A DNA stretch of 64,000 bases, from the NCBI RefSeq assembly GCF_003018115.1, contig NZ_CP027457.1; one strand, 5' to 3'. A program made the position numbers and the translations under genes. The notes beneath the pieces are model-generated. The model saw only the letters and a list, made by a program, of their open reading frames with translations, had not been told where the DNA came from and searched no databases. Positions within the stretch are counted from its first letter, which is position 1, and every line of letters starts with the position of its first letter. This document shows positions 27,832 to 38,115 of this stretch, piece after piece. This stretch comes from Escherichia coli (lineage in GTDB: Bacteria; Pseudomonadota; Gammaproteobacteria; Enterobacterales; Enterobacteriaceae).

Positions 27832-28044
27832 TTGTCCCGTAAAATGACAGGAATTGTCAAAACCTTTGACGGCAAAAGCGGCAAGGGTCTTATCACCCCA
27901 TCCGATGGTCGTATCGATGTCCAGCTTCATGTTTCAGCGCTCAATCTCCGCGATGCAGAAGAAATTACCACCGGATTACGCGTGGAATTTTGCCGGATAA
28001 ATGGTCTGCGTGGCCCTTCAGCTGCCAATGTTTACCTTTCATGA
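27832..28044 (+). CDS. cspF: Cold shock-like protein CspF
   Basis: 70 aa, [23 protein letters not shown], CspF/CspH subfamily. Confidence 0.85.
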
Positions 28045-28339
28045 GCTATATTAAAGCTTTAATTTCAGGCCCCATCGGATCACACATGGAGAGTTTTTAT
28101 GAATAACCCCGTCTGTCTTGATGACTGGTTGATTGGCTTTAAAAGCTTATGCTGTACTTTGGCCGTAATAGCTCTGCTAATAATATAATAAGCAGACTCA
28201 TTGTGTTTAGGGACATTGTACTGGAAGAAAACATTTTAAACATCAGGCAAATAACCAAGTCACCAGCTAAATAATAAGTTAACAGACATGAGTCCCGGGA
28301 TGAGATTCAACATTACCATTGCCCCATTTAAAGCACAAA

Positions 28340-28368
28340 ACCCGCTCATCAGCGGGTTTTCTACTTTT
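28340..28368. terminator. Bidirectional hairpin terminator between convergent cspF and Q gene
   Basis: CCCGCT-CATC-AGCGGG stem flanked by A-run and T-run. Confidence 0.45.
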
Positions 28369-28465
28369 TCTTAACGTCGGGTATACAAAGCCCATCGTTG
28401 AAAAAATTTTATCCATATTTTTTGAAAAATGCAAACATCATGTCGCCATCTTCAGCAAAAATCAT

Positions 28466-29248
28466 TTATCTCGTCACCTTCCTCAATTGCGCTTCCGCGT
28501 ATGCTTCTTCCTGCCAGCACTTTGTTACCAGTTTACCAATGACGTCCGCATACCCCTTATACCACTGATAATCGGTCAGGTCTGGTACCAGCTTCTGGAC
28601 ATGACGTCGTGCCAGCGTGGTCGGTAAACGACTAAACCGGTTTCCATTACAACGCCCACAAATCTTATATACCGGTACGCCATGAAACCGGGTTCTTTTT
28701 TCATCCAGAACAATCCCTTTACCCTTACACCCTCTGCACGCTGTGCTGGCTTCGCCCTTACCATGGCAATGCTGACATAGTTCCTTCACCCATTCTTCCT
28801 TGATTACAGATTCCCCGCGTCTGTAGTGTTTCACCACTTCGCGCAATACATTATAAAATCCCGTACCTGAACAATGCTCACAGCGAGCCTTACTTGCCGC
28901 AGACCTGGAGTAATCAGCAAAGGCAAAACTCACGAGGTAAGGAATAATCTGTAACCGGATTTCTTCACTCAATTTGTTCAATGTCGGGTTATCCAGTGCC
29001 ATCGCGTAATTTAGCAGGCCTTCAATCGCAAACTGAGGGTCCTGAACACCAACTTTTGCCAGAAATAAGGCCAACCCAAGTGGTGCTTTCGACTGCACCA
29101 TCCCCTGCGCTGCCATTACATCCGTAATTGTTAAACAACCGGTGCCTGTCGCTGGAGCGTCATCGCTCAATTTTGGAGATTTTGGGGAGTAATATTTTGG
29201 TAAGGCTTCAAGGTTCATGCTCGTTCTCCACTTACGCCAGTACGCCAA
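28466..29248 (-). CDS. quuQ: Late-gene antiterminator Q (phage 82/21-type Q family)
   Basis: 260 aa ORF with Cys-rich zinc-binding region; start may be internal Met at about 29218. Confidence 0.85.
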   Translation of the reverse strand: MAYWRKWRTSMNLEALPKYYSPKSPKLSDDAPATGTGCLTITDVMAAQGMVQSKAPLGLALFLAKVGVQDPQFAIEGLLNYAMALDNPTLNKLSEEIRLQIIPYLVSFAFADYSRSAASKARCEHCSGTGFYNVLREVVKHYRRGESVIKEEWVKELCQHCHGKGEASTACRGCKGKGIVLDEKRTRFHGVPVYKICGRCNGNRFSRLPTTLARRHVQKLVPDLTDYQWYKGYADVIGKLVTKCWQEEAYAEAQLRKVTR

Positions 29249-30281
29249 TTGTCAGCGCGCGATCGATAAAACGAAATATCAGCTCCAGTTGGGAGCCATA
29301 CTTATCTTCAAATGCCACTGTATCCGTATGCAGCTCGTTGTGATGCTTTCTGCACAAAGGCAACACAAAGAGATCATGTGCTTTTGTTCCCATTCCGCCC
29401 TGCCCGTGACCAATCAGATGATGCGGATCGTCGGCTGGCATACCGCAGCAAGCACACGGCTGTGTCTTAACCCAACGTGTGTATTTCTCCTTAACCCAGC
29501 GGCGACGTTTAGGCAGCTTCATGAAAGATTCCGGAGACTCTGGATCAACGGTGATGCTTACCACCGTCTTTTCCTGTGGTGATTTTTGTTGCTGGTGGGC
29601 GTAAGGCAACGGTGCAAGATTTTTTGTGCGTTGTTTCAATATGCTGGTGGCGGTCTGCTCTCCCGGTACGATGTCGCTTTCGCGGTACACCGAGCAGATT
29701 TTTTCCGCTGGTAATCCCAGCGAACGACGCGATACAGCCTCAGGTAGTGCATCCACCACCTGATTGCAGACCGCCCACCAGGATAATTCAGCCAAAGATA
29801 ATTCCCGCTCCTGCGTACCGCTTATTGCGTGACGGATGACGTCAATCACCCATGCTGTCAGATTTTGTTGAGCAAGCAGCTCCAGTGATTCCGATGTCTG
29901 GTCACGCAGTTGGTTGTCGCAGTGCCAGCACAACACCATTGCGCCGGTACCATAACGGTGAATGACTGTTTCAGTGTGATGGTAATCGCCATTAGGCCAC
30001 TGGCAGGATGTAACATGACGTAATAGCCAGTCGGACAATGCGCCAACGCCGCCAGCAGCACGAATCACCCGTTCGTTACTAAAAAACGGCAGCAATGTTT
30101 TGTCTTCCGCCAGCGGCTGGCGAACGGCAGGAACGACTCCGGATGGCAGATTACGCATGCTTTTTGGTTCCGGTTCCACCAGCACTCGAGGATTATGAAA
30201 TATCTGTATGGATTCACGGCCCGGCTTAAGGACCACCAGCCCAAGCTCAGGCACCAGAACAGGTCTAAGTAATACCCGCAC
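29232..30281 (-). CDS. ydfU: YdfU-like DUF968 protein with C-terminal HNH-like Cys/His motif
   Basis: ORF track 29232-30320; trimmed to GTG with GGAGG Shine-Dalgarno, giving 349 aa. Confidence 0.75.
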   Translation of the reverse strand: MRVLLRPVLVPELGLVVLKPGRESIQIFHNPRVLVEPEPKSMRNLPSGVVPAVRQPLAEDKTLLPFFSNERVIRAAGGVGALSDWLLRHVTSCQWPNGDYHHTETVIHRYGTGAMVLCWHCDNQLRDQTSESLELLAQQNLTAWVIDVIRHAISGTQERELSLAELSWWAVCNQVVDALPEAVSRRSLGLPAEKICSVYRESDIVPGEQTATSILKQRTKNLAPLPYAHQQQKSPQEKTVVSITVDPESPESFMKLPKRRRWVKEKYTRWVKTQPCACCGMPADDPHHLIGHGQGGMGTKAHDLFVLPLCRKHHNELHTDTVAFEDKYGSQLELIFRFIDRALTIGVLA

Positions 30282-30282
30282 G

Positions 30283-30561
30283 TTACCTCCAGATCCGTTG
30301 CTGGAAAGTGCGGGACGCACGTGGTGGGCGTTCGGAATAAGGCAGCCTGACAGAGATTATCCAGTGCCGATAGTCGAGACTGAGAGCTTTCTTAACCTCG
30401 AACCCGCGCCTGCGGTAAGAATGAATCAGCCATTCGGCCTGTTCTGCAGTGCATGGAGGGTGCTGGAACCATTCAGACTTGAATGCGTGAGAATACCGCC
30501 CGTGCGTGCAGGCAAGAACGGGCGAATTATCAGAATTGTAATATTTTGCGTTGCGTGCCAT
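30283..30561 (-). CDS. Hypothetical 92-aa protein, translationally coupled to ydfU
   Basis: ORF stop lies 1 nt from ydfU GTG start; no family recognised. Confidence 0.4.
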   Translation of the reverse strand: MARNAKYYNSDNSPVLACTHGRYSHAFKSEWFQHPPCTAEQAEWLIHSYRRRGFEVKKALSLDYRHWIISVRLPYSERPPRASRTFQQRIWR

Positions 30562-30627
30562 CGGTTTTCTCCGGTGGCACGGTGTTACTCAGCGGGAGTT
30601 CAGCCCCGCGCAAGATTGTAGATGAGT

Positions 30628-30879
30628 TTATTCTCCTGAAAAAGCAGAAAAGCCAGCTTTTATTCCGATCTCTTTCAATGCCTGTAATGAAGTGACAAAC
30701 TCACCTTCGCGCAAGATAAATCCGTCCGTGACCCGAGCATCCACAAAATTAATTAACGCAGCCCCATTCTTTCGCAAACACATAATGCGGTAATGACTAA
30801 CAAGATTTCCATTTTCAACGCACACAGCATAGAGGCCATCTTCACAAAAAATTTTACGCAGTTCTTCGATGTTCATCAT
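30628..30879 (-). CDS. Small prophage protein, possibly Rem
   Basis: 83 aa MMNIEELRKIFCEDGLYAV; position between ydfU and hokD; identity recalled with low certainty. Confidence 0.45.
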   Translation of the reverse strand: MMNIEELRKIFCEDGLYAVCVENGNLVSHYRIMCLRKNGAALINFVDARVTDGFILREGEFVTSLQALKEIGIKAGFSAFSGE

Positions 30880-31095
30880 CAGAATCCTTCCGGATAATTA
30901 GCTCTCCCCTTTAAGGGACCATCCCTCTTATCCCTGCGCGCTACTTAAGTATTTTTGATTCTATTCCGGCACCGTCCAGAACTTCAAACGCGTTGAAAAT
31001 AAAAACAAAAACCCGCCGAAGCGGGTTAAGTGCGGGTGCGTTGAGGATGCCTGCCACATCAGAGGTGGCGAGGGATTTCTCCCCCGCCGGGTCTC

Positions 31096-31251
31096 TTACT
31101 CCTCAGGTTCGTAAGCTGTGAAGACAGCGACCTCCGTCTGGCCGGTTCGGATTCGTACCTCGCAGAGGTCTTTCCTCGTTACCAGTGCCGTCACTATGAC
31201 GGTTAAACAGATGACGATCAGGGCGATTAACATCGCCTTTTGCTGCTTCAT
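31096..31251 (-). CDS. hokD: Hok-family type I toxin HokD (RelF)
   Basis: Hand-translated 51 aa MKQQKAMLIALIVICLTVIVTALVTRKDLCEVRIRTGQTEVAVFTAYEPEE; antisense Sok RNA expected just upstream on plus strand. Confidence 0.85.
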   Translation of the reverse strand: MKQQKAMLIALIVICLTVIVTALVTRKDLCEVRIRTGQTEVAVFTAYEPEE

Positions 31252-31322
31252 AGCCTGCTTCTCCTGTCAACGCAAAGCAGAAGTGTCACCTTCGGTGCGA
31301 AACAGAGATGTCATGCTTTGGT

Positions 31323-31610
31323 TCAGAGAATGCGTTTGACCGCCTCGCTATATACTTCCGAGCGTTCTCTTTTCCCAACAGAAATCACGAAAACGACAAC
31401 TTTCTCGTCTATAACCTGGTATACAAGGCGATAGCCTGAAGACCGGAGCTTAATCTTGTAACAATCAGGCATACCACGGAGCTTGTTTGCTTCAATCCGG
31501 GGTGACTCAAGTACTTCAACCAGCTTCTTTTTCAACTGTTCACGTACCGTCGAGCCCAGCTTTCGCCATTCCTTTAGTGCCCGCTCGTCAAAATCCAGAA
31601 AATACGCCAT
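31323..31610 (-). CDS. relE: RelE mRNA interferase toxin
   Basis: 95 aa, RelE sequence. Confidence 0.9.
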   Translation of the reverse strand: MAYFLDFDERALKEWRKLGSTVREQLKKKLVEVLESPRIEANKLRGMPDCYKIKLRSSGYRLVYQVIDEKVVVFVISVGKRERSEVYSEAVKRIL

Positions 31611-31849
31611 CAGAGTTCATCCAGCGTCACACGTACTGGCTTAGGATTACGAAGCCGTTCTTTCACTATCTCCACAAGTTCAGCATCTTCATCACTCAGG
31701 AGTGTCTGTTTGAACGGCAAGCGTTCATTGTCAGCGATATACTCGAGCATGAGACGAAGCGCTTCAGAAGGAGTTACACCCATTTTTTCAAGCGCGGCGT
31801 AAGAACGCGCTTTAAGTTCATCGTCAATACGCAGGTTAATGCTACCCAT
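31610..31849 (-). CDS. relB: RelB antitoxin
   Basis: 79 aa, RelB sequence; 1-nt overlap with relE. Confidence 0.9.
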   Translation of the reverse strand: MGSINLRIDDELKARSYAALEKMGVTPSEALRLMLEYIADNERLPFKQTLLSDEDAELVEIVKERLRNPKPVRVTLDEL

Positions 31850-31873
31850 GTCTTACACCTCTTGTAATTACAA

Positions 31874-32179
31874 ATGTCATTACAAGTATCGCACTACAAC
31901 ATGCTTAGGGCAAGTCACGAAGGAAGTCAGAAAGTAGTCGTAAGAACGGTGATCACTGTCCGCTTTGTGCCAGGAGCAGCCATTGCTAAGTCCATCCTGT
32001 ATTGTGCAGGTCAGCTCGTTTTTAAAGAGTCCGGCCATCATCTTACTGGTACAGACACCATATACTTTGTGACGGTCAGGCTACATATGCACAACTCAAC
32101 TTATTCATCTATTTTTTGCTTTAGCATGTCAGTGTTGCTTTCTCGTCGGCGGGTGAGCGGTGACCTGACCTGTCGATAA
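31874..32179 (+). CDS. Hypothetical protein at the ydfV position
   Basis: 101 aa ORF, low-complexity, weak coding appearance. Confidence 0.35.
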   Translation: MSLQVSHYNMLRASHEGSQKVVVRTVITVRFVPGAAIAKSILYCAGQLVFKESGHHLTGTDTIYFVTVRLHMHNSTYSSIFCFSMSVLLSRRRVSGDLTCR

Positions 32180-32381
32180 AGGAACGTAACACGTTTTATG
32201 CAACACCCGCATGCGGCAGAAAATTATTGCCGAACGTTTACCCCTGTCAACAAGCTTTACTTTCTGAGGCGCGCCAGCCCGCGAGGAAAACAATCTGAAC
32301 ATCAAACAATTAATGACACAAGAAATACGATTAAAGATTTTTTTGTGCATGCCGATAGTGCTTTTTTAAAAGGAGAAATCT

Positions 32382-32714
32382 ATGTCTGTCACAATTCAGG
32401 GAAATACCTCAACCGTTATTTCAAACAACTCCGCCCCGGAAGGAACATCAGAAATAGCCAAAATCACAAGACAAATTCAGGTGCTGACTGAAAAGCTTGG
32501 GAAAATCTCATCGGAAGAGGGGATGACGACACAGCAGAAAAAAGAAATGGCTGCATTGGTACAGAAGCAAATTGAAAGCCTCTGGGCTCAACTGGAGCAG
32601 TTGTTAAGGCAGCAGGCAGAGAAAAAGAATGAAGACGCGACAGTTCAGCCTGATAAAAAAGAAGAGAAAAAAGACGATACAAATACCGCTGGCACCATTG
32701 ATATTTACGTCTAA
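32382..32714 (+). CDS. flxA: FlxA (FliA-regulated protein)
   Basis: 110 aa MSVTIQGNTSTVISNNSAPEGTSEIAKITRQIQVLTEKL. Confidence 0.85.
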   Translation: MSVTIQGNTSTVISNNSAPEGTSEIAKITRQIQVLTEKLGKISSEEGMTTQQKKEMAALVQKQIESLWAQLEQLLRQQAEKKNEDATVQPDKKEEKKDDTNTAGTIDIYV

Positions 32715-32724
32715 GTGACAGCCG

Positions 32725-32752
32725 TATTGTGGCCCTCATCGGGCCACTTTTC
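32725..32752 (+). terminator. Rho-independent terminator after flxA
   Basis: TGGCCC-TCATC-GGGCCA stem followed by T-rich run. Confidence 0.5.
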
Positions 32753-32899
32753 GCCATCAGCCTTTTCTTTAAAGACATATTATCTTTGTATCATTTCTGA
32801 TAGTTAACATTACAAGATATAAGTAATGGACGCACTCCCAATTAGTCTATTTAAATCGCCACGAGTTTAACTGACAACCCATGATCAATTATGAATTGC

Positions 32900-34600
32900 A
32901 ACTATTTCTGTAGTCACTTTTGTGGGGACAGTCCACAAAACTGCCAACTTCCGCTTCTTGCTCTTAGCGGACATTAGCATAGGCTATTTACCATAACGCC
33001 TCATTACGCGCACCGCCCAGACTGACTCAGCGCGTTTCTGGCATATCCCCGGTAAAACAAGTAACAAACCACCCGAAAATGAACACCAGAAACGCGACTT
33101 AAGAATCTACCCTATGAATGGATATGCACTCAACCGAATCGATCTTGGTTTCAATCTTTTTTATCGGGATCAGGCTTCTTTTTAGGTAACTTCGGGGGCT
33201 TAACTTGCTGATGACTTTGCGTTCGGCGCGTAAGCCAGGGATGGTCAGCTTTAGGTTTAACATAGTATTTTGAGCGTAAATCAATACGGGCATTATCCAC
33301 TCGTTCATGGACACTCTTTTCATCATCCAGTGGTATAGGCTCCGGGCCATCAACATACTTTTCCCAGCCCAGCGCTTTCCCGTCATACAGAACGTTAATT
33401 TCACCGTCAAAGTTCTCGCATACAGTAACAACCGAATGCCTAAGTCGATATCCCCGGCCCTCACTGCGTACCTGAAACGCACTGCTTTTGTACTGGAAAG
33501 TGAGATTTTTAGACAGAACGCGCTTCGCCTGTAGGCTGAAGATATAACCCAGTTCCTCTTCAGAATGGTGCACATCAAGATGAGCATTATCAGTAGTACG
33601 AGGCGACGTAGCGAACCGGTTGTTATAGGCTTCAATAAAGGTCGGCAACCATGCATTTGCTGTTTCAATATCACTGATATTCTGAAGCCGCATTTCTTTG
33701 ACCAGCCTGTCCTGTAGTGTCTGATTGGCGCGCTCTACCCGCCCTTTTGCCTGCGGGCTGTTGGCATGGATTGGCTCGATGCCCAGTGTCTTTATCGCAC
33801 GAGTGAACTGGGTCAGCTCACCTTCCCGCTCTGGGTTATTTACCCTGAATATACTGTGTCTATCAGAGTAGAGAGCGAGCGGTACGCCATGATCATTAAG
33901 GTAACCCCGGAGGGTTTCCATGTAAGCCCGGGTTGTTTCAGCAGGCACAAAACGCAACGCCATCAACGCACTGGTGGCATCATCAATGAAAACGATCAGT
34001 GTACATCTGGGGCCTCGATTTTCAAACCAGTCATGAGGTGAGCCATCAATCTGGATCAGTTCACCGTAAGATGGTCGTCGCATGCGGCGTTGATATATAC
34101 GGGCAATTTTACGACGGCGTTCACGCCATAACCCCTCTTCTATCATCCACTTTCTGAGAGTTTCAACGGATAAAGATAAACCGTGTATCTCGCGCAATTT
34201 TTCGCACGCAAACGTAGGTCCAAAATCAGCGTAACGGCCTTTGAGGAGTGAAATTACTGTTGCTCTGAATTCAGTAGAAAAGGAATTATTAGGACGCTTT
34301 CCACGTCGGTGGGAAACCAGACCAGAAGGCCCTTCATTTCTATACCGTTGCACCAGACGTTTAACCTGCCGAATAGAAATGCCAATGCGTGCCGCAGCTT
34401 GTTCCTGAATAATCTGAAGTCGGTGGAGTTCCTTATGACTCATCGTAACAGTCTCTTTGATCATGAAAAATCCCCCAGAGAATTGTCTGGGGACATTTTA
34501 GAATGGTTCAAAGGGGACATTACAGCTTGGTGTTAACAATAGCCTGCTTCTCCGTGCCTTTCGGCACGTAAGAGGCTAACCTACATGTGTCTAGCATGAA
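32900..34600 (-). mobile_element. Insertion sequence carrying a single DDE transposase (IS481/ISNCY-type); ends not resolved
   Basis: Single 437-aa transposase ORF; terminal inverted repeats could not be assigned by eye. Confidence 0.55.
33151..34464 (-). CDS. DDE transposase with N-terminal HTH and integrase-core (rve) catalytic domain
   Basis: 437 aa; D (IQIDGS), D (YSDRHS), E (GRVERANQ) triad spacing typical of rve. Confidence 0.85.
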   Translation of the reverse strand: MIKETVTMSHKELHRLQIIQEQAAARIGISIRQVKRLVQRYRNEGPSGLVSHRRGKRPNNSFSTEFRATVISLLKGRYADFGPTFACEKLREIHGLSLSVETLRKWMIEEGLWRERRRKIARIYQRRMRRPSYGELIQIDGSPHDWFENRGPRCTLIVFIDDATSALMALRFVPAETTRAYMETLRGYLNDHGVPLALYSDRHSIFRVNNPEREGELTQFTRAIKTLGIEPIHANSPQAKGRVERANQTLQDRLVKEMRLQNISDIETANAWLPTFIEAYNNRFATSPRTTDNAHLDVHHSEEELGYIFSLQAKRVLSKNLTFQYKSSAFQVRSEGRGYRLRHSVVTVCENFDGEINVLYDGKALGWEKYVDGPEPIPLDDEKSVHERVDNARIDLRSKYYVKPKADHPWLTRRTQSHQQVKPPKLPKKKPDPDKKD

Positions 34601-34798
34601 ATTGGCCTCAGATTAATGTTAAGCGTCTTGCAGGACGCGTAATGTTAACTGGGGCTTTTCTCTATCTGCCGTTGGTGTCCATGCCCGAGGCAGATAGCCT
34701 CAAGCACCCGCAGTCATTCTACTTAACTAAGATTTCCCCGCAAACCGTTTTTGTCCAGCACAGTAAATATCCAACTAAACCAATGGAGTTCGCTGTAT

Positions 34799-34978
34799 TT
34801 ACCGCCAGTATTCAATGCACATGACCGCCATGAACACCCCTAAAAAAAGGGCATTTATATATCCAAATATTAATATCAAAACATCAACTTTTTCCATATA
34901 CCTTGCTGTGAAGATGATGGGCATACATGATGCGAACAACCAGAACGCAACAAACAAAAACTGCAATGCGTTTTTCAT
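34799..34978 (-). CDS. Candidate small two-TM membrane protein (59 aa)
   Basis: AGGAGG Shine-Dalgarno 4 nt before ATG; MKNALQFLFVAFWLFASCMPIIF...; no homolog recognised. Confidence 0.35.
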   Translation of the reverse strand: MKNALQFLFVAFWLFASCMPIIFTARYMEKVDVLILIFGYINALFLGVFMAVMCIEYWR

Positions 34979-35652
34979 TATTCCTCCTACAATCAATGTG
35001 CAATTACATTTAAACACACCTCAATTTGGCCGGACATATAAATATCTAAACCAGAAAAAATCACTTACATAGCGTTACAAACTCTTTAGTCTAAAGGTTC
35101 ATCGTAAAACATTCCCCATACTTATCAGTCCGTTCCGCGCCAGGTAGCTCATTGCCTTATCTGGCAACCTGTAATCAGGTTTCCGCTTTTTCAGTTGGCT
35201 GGTCGTTTAACCGACATAGTTAATCCATTAATCTAGTTGCCGGATGTTGGTGGATTTTCGCGTTTTAGTTGTTCATAAAAGTGCACAGCTTTAACCAGTT
35301 CTTCTGATGTAACTGGGACTGGTGAGGCAGTGAATAAGGCCTGAATTTGATAGTTCGGCCTGTCGTTACAATCCTCTTTTTTCGGTACATATTTCCAGTC
35401 ACCAGACCACTACTTCCCCTGAAAGTCCGTAACGCCTTTTTTCACGTAGCGATATCGCCATGCCACTGGTTTTGCTTGCCCCGCCGTTTCATGCCCTTCC
35501 TGATAATTAATCTCGCTCATTCATCGCCCCACTCATCACAATATGCTTCGACCGGAGTTTTTCCCGCTTCATAGTCATCACGCTAGGATTCGACATCAGC
35601 AGCACTTCCACCGCGTAACTCACCATAGTCCATTAATAGTTCATCCCGCTCT

Positions 35653-35660
35653 TCAAAACT
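35653..35660. repeat. 8-bp target site duplication TCAAAACT (left copy) of IS66-family element
   Basis: Identical 8-mer immediately outside both inverted repeats. Confidence 0.7.
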
Positions 35661-35741
35661 GTAAGCGTCGTCTCAGCACCGTCTGGCAGATCCTGAAATT
35701 CCTGAGAGAATAGTGGACACCAAATATGGTGGACGCAATCC

Positions 35742-36146
35742 ATGAAATCATTAACCGCAGTGCGTAAAAAAAGCCCTAATTATCCCGTTGAGTTCAAAAT
35801 CAAAATGGTTGAACTCTCGCATCGACCAGAGATCTCCGTAGCGCAACTCGCTCGTGAGCATGGGATCAACGATAATTTGCTGTTCAAGTGGCGCCAGTAC
35901 TGGCGCGAAGGAAAACTACGTCCTCCTTCAACAACAGAAAACAACGTGCCTGAGCTGCTCCCGATAACACTTGATGCCGAAGATGTTGTCCCTACAACCT
36001 CCCCCCGGTCACAACCTGTAGCTGCTGCGACACCTGAATCACTCAATATCAGCTGTGAAGTGACGTTCCGGCACGGATCACTCCGTCTGAATGGTGCCAT
36101 CAGCGAAAATATCCTGAACCTGCTGATACGGGAGCTCAAACGTTGA
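35742..36146 (+). CDS. IS66-family accessory protein TnpA (orf1)
   Basis: 134 aa, HTH-like N-terminus, first ORF of element. Confidence 0.85.
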   Translation: MKSLTAVRKKSPNYPVEFKIKMVELSHRPEISVAQLAREHGINDNLLFKWRQYWREGKLRPPSTTENNVPELLPITLDAEDVVPTTSPRSQPVAAATPESLNISCEVTFRHGSLRLNGAISENILNLLIRELKR

Positions 36147-36490
36147 TCCCATTACCATCAGGGACAAAGATCTGGCTGGTCGCTGGCATCACCGATATGA
36201 GAAACGGCTTCAACGGCCTGGCGGCAAAGGTGCAGACGACGCTGAAAGACGATCCGATGTCAGGTCACGTTTTTATCTTCCGTGGGCGTAATGGCAGTCA
36301 GGTAAAGCTCCTCTGGTCTACCGGCGATGGACTGTGTCTGCTGACCAAACGGCTGGAGCGCGGCCGCTTCGCCTGGCCGTCAGCCCGGGATGGCAAAGTG
36401 TTCCTCACACCGGCACAGCTGGCGATGCTGCTGGAAGGTATCGACTGGCGGCAGCCTAAAAGACTGCTTACGTCCCTGACTATGTTGTAA
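36143..36490 (+). CDS. IS66-family TnpB (orf2)
   Basis: 115 aa, 4-nt overlap with tnpA. Confidence 0.85.
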   Translation: MIPLPSGTKIWLVAGITDMRNGFNGLAAKVQTTLKDDPMSGHVFIFRGRNGSQVKLLWSTGDGLCLLTKRLERGRFAWPSARDGKVFLTPAQLAMLLEGIDWRQPKRLLTSLTML

Positions 36491-36538
36491 GCCTCTTTAT
36501 CCTGGTCGACGCTGAATGAGCCTGGTAATATACCCGGT

Positions 36539-38074
36539 ATGAGCAGCTCACTTCCTGACGATATCAATGCACTGAAACGTCTCCTTGCCGAACAGGAGGC
36601 GCTGAACCGTGCCCTGCAGGAAAAGCTGAACGAGCGTGAACGCGAAATAGACCATCTGCAGGCACAGCTGGATAAGCTGCGCCGGATGAACTTCGGCAGC
36701 CGCTCGGAAAAAGTCTCCCGTCGTATCGCACAGATGGAAGCTGACCTGAAGGCACTTCAGAAAGAAAGTGATACCCTTACCGGTCGGGTTGACGACCCGG
36801 CCGTGCAGCGCCCGCTGCGTCAAACCCGCACCCGCAAACCGTTCCCCGAATCACTCCCCCGCGATGAAAAACGGCTGCTGCCGGCAGCGTCATGCTGCCC
36901 GGAATGTGGAGGCTCGCTGAGCTATCTGGGTGAGGATGCCGCCGAACAGCTGGAGCTGATGCGCAGCGCCTTCCGGGTTATCCGGACTGTACGTGAAAAG
37001 CATGCCTGTACTCAGTGCGATGCCATCGTGCAGGCCCCCGCGCCTTCACGGCCCATCGAGCGGGGTATCGCAGGACCGGGGCTGCTGGCCCGCGTGCTGA
37101 TCTCAAAGTATGCAGAGCACACCCCGCTGTACCGCCAGTCTGAAATGTACGGCCGCCAGGGCGTGGAGCTGAGTCGTTCACTGCTGTCGGGCTGGGTGGA
37201 TGCATGCTGCCGGCTACTGTCACCGCTGGAAGAAGCGCTTCAGGACTATGTGCTGACTGACGGTAAGCTCCATGCTGATGACACGCCTGTCCCGGTGCTG
37301 TTGCCAGGCAATAAGAAAACGAAGACCGGGCGGTTATGGACCTACGTTCGTGACGACCGTAACGCCGGGTCAACGCTGGCGCCGGCGGTGTGGTTCGCTT
37401 ACAGCCCGGACAGAAAAGGCATCCATCCGCAGACCCATCTTGCGGGGTTCAGTGGTGTACTGCAGGCGGATGCATACGCCGGGTTCAACGAGCTGTACCG
37501 GGATGGCCGGATAACGGAAGCCGCCTGTTGGGCTCACGCCCGCCGTAAAATCCACGATGTGCACGTTCGCACCCCGTCAGCCCTGACGGAGGAAGCGCTG
37601 AAACGGATCGGCGAACTGTACGCCATCGAGGCAGAGATAAGGGGAATGACGGCGGAGCAGCGCCTTGCCGAACGTCAGTTGAAAACGAAACCGCTGCTGA
37701 AATCCCTGGAAAGCTGGCTGCGTGAAAAGATGAAAACCCTGTCGCGACACTCAGAACTGGCGAAAGCGTTCGCATACGCCCTGAACCAGTGGCCGGCGCT
37801 GACGTACTATGCAGATGATGGCTGGGCTGAGGCGGACAATAACATCGCTGAAAATGCGTTGCGGATGGTCAGTCTGGGCCGCAAAAACTACCTGTTCTTC
37901 GGTTCGGATCATGGAGGAGAGCGGGGAGCGCTGCTGTACAGCCTGATCGGGACGTGCAAACTGAACGGAGTGGAGCCAGAAAGCTACCTCCGCTATGTCC
38001 TTGACGTCATAGCCGACTGGCCGATAAACCGGGTCGGCGAACTGCTCCCCCTGGCGCGTAGCACTGCCGACTGA
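36539..38074 (+). CDS. IS66-family transposase TnpC (orf3)
   Basis: 511 aa, N-terminal leucine zipper, Cys-x2-C zinc motif, DDE core. Confidence 0.9.
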   Translation: MSSSLPDDINALKRLLAEQEALNRALQEKLNEREREIDHLQAQLDKLRRMNFGSRSEKVSRRIAQMEADLKALQKESDTLTGRVDDPAVQRPLRQTRTRKPFPESLPRDEKRLLPAASCCPECGGSLSYLGEDAAEQLELMRSAFRVIRTVREKHACTQCDAIVQAPAPSRPIERGIAGPGLLARVLISKYAEHTPLYRQSEMYGRQGVELSRSLLSGWVDACCRLLSPLEEALQDYVLTDGKLHADDTPVPVLLPGNKKTKTGRLWTYVRDDRNAGSTLAPAVWFAYSPDRKGIHPQTHLAGFSGVLQADAYAGFNELYRDGRITEAACWAHARRKIHDVHVRTPSALTEEALKRIGELYAIEAEIRGMTAEQRLAERQLKTKPLLKSLESWLREKMKTLSRHSELAKAFAYALNQWPALTYYADDGWAEADNNIAENALRMVSLGRKNYLFFGSDHGGERGALLYSLIGTCKLNGVEPESYLRYVLDVIADWPINRVGELLPLARSTAD

Positions 38075-38115
38075 ATAACACATCCCCGTCAATACGGTTC
38101 TTGCTGCACGCTTAC

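Larger units (their letters stand above)
35661..38115 (+). mobile_element. IS66-family insertion sequence (tnpA-tnpB-tnpC), about 2.45 kb
   Basis: Terminal inverted repeats starting GTAAGCGT at both ends; three-ORF IS66 architecture; flanked by 8-bp direct repeat. Confidence 0.85.

Noticed and set aside
33099-33674. 191-aa minus-strand ORF
   Set aside because: Alternative frame inside the transposase gene.
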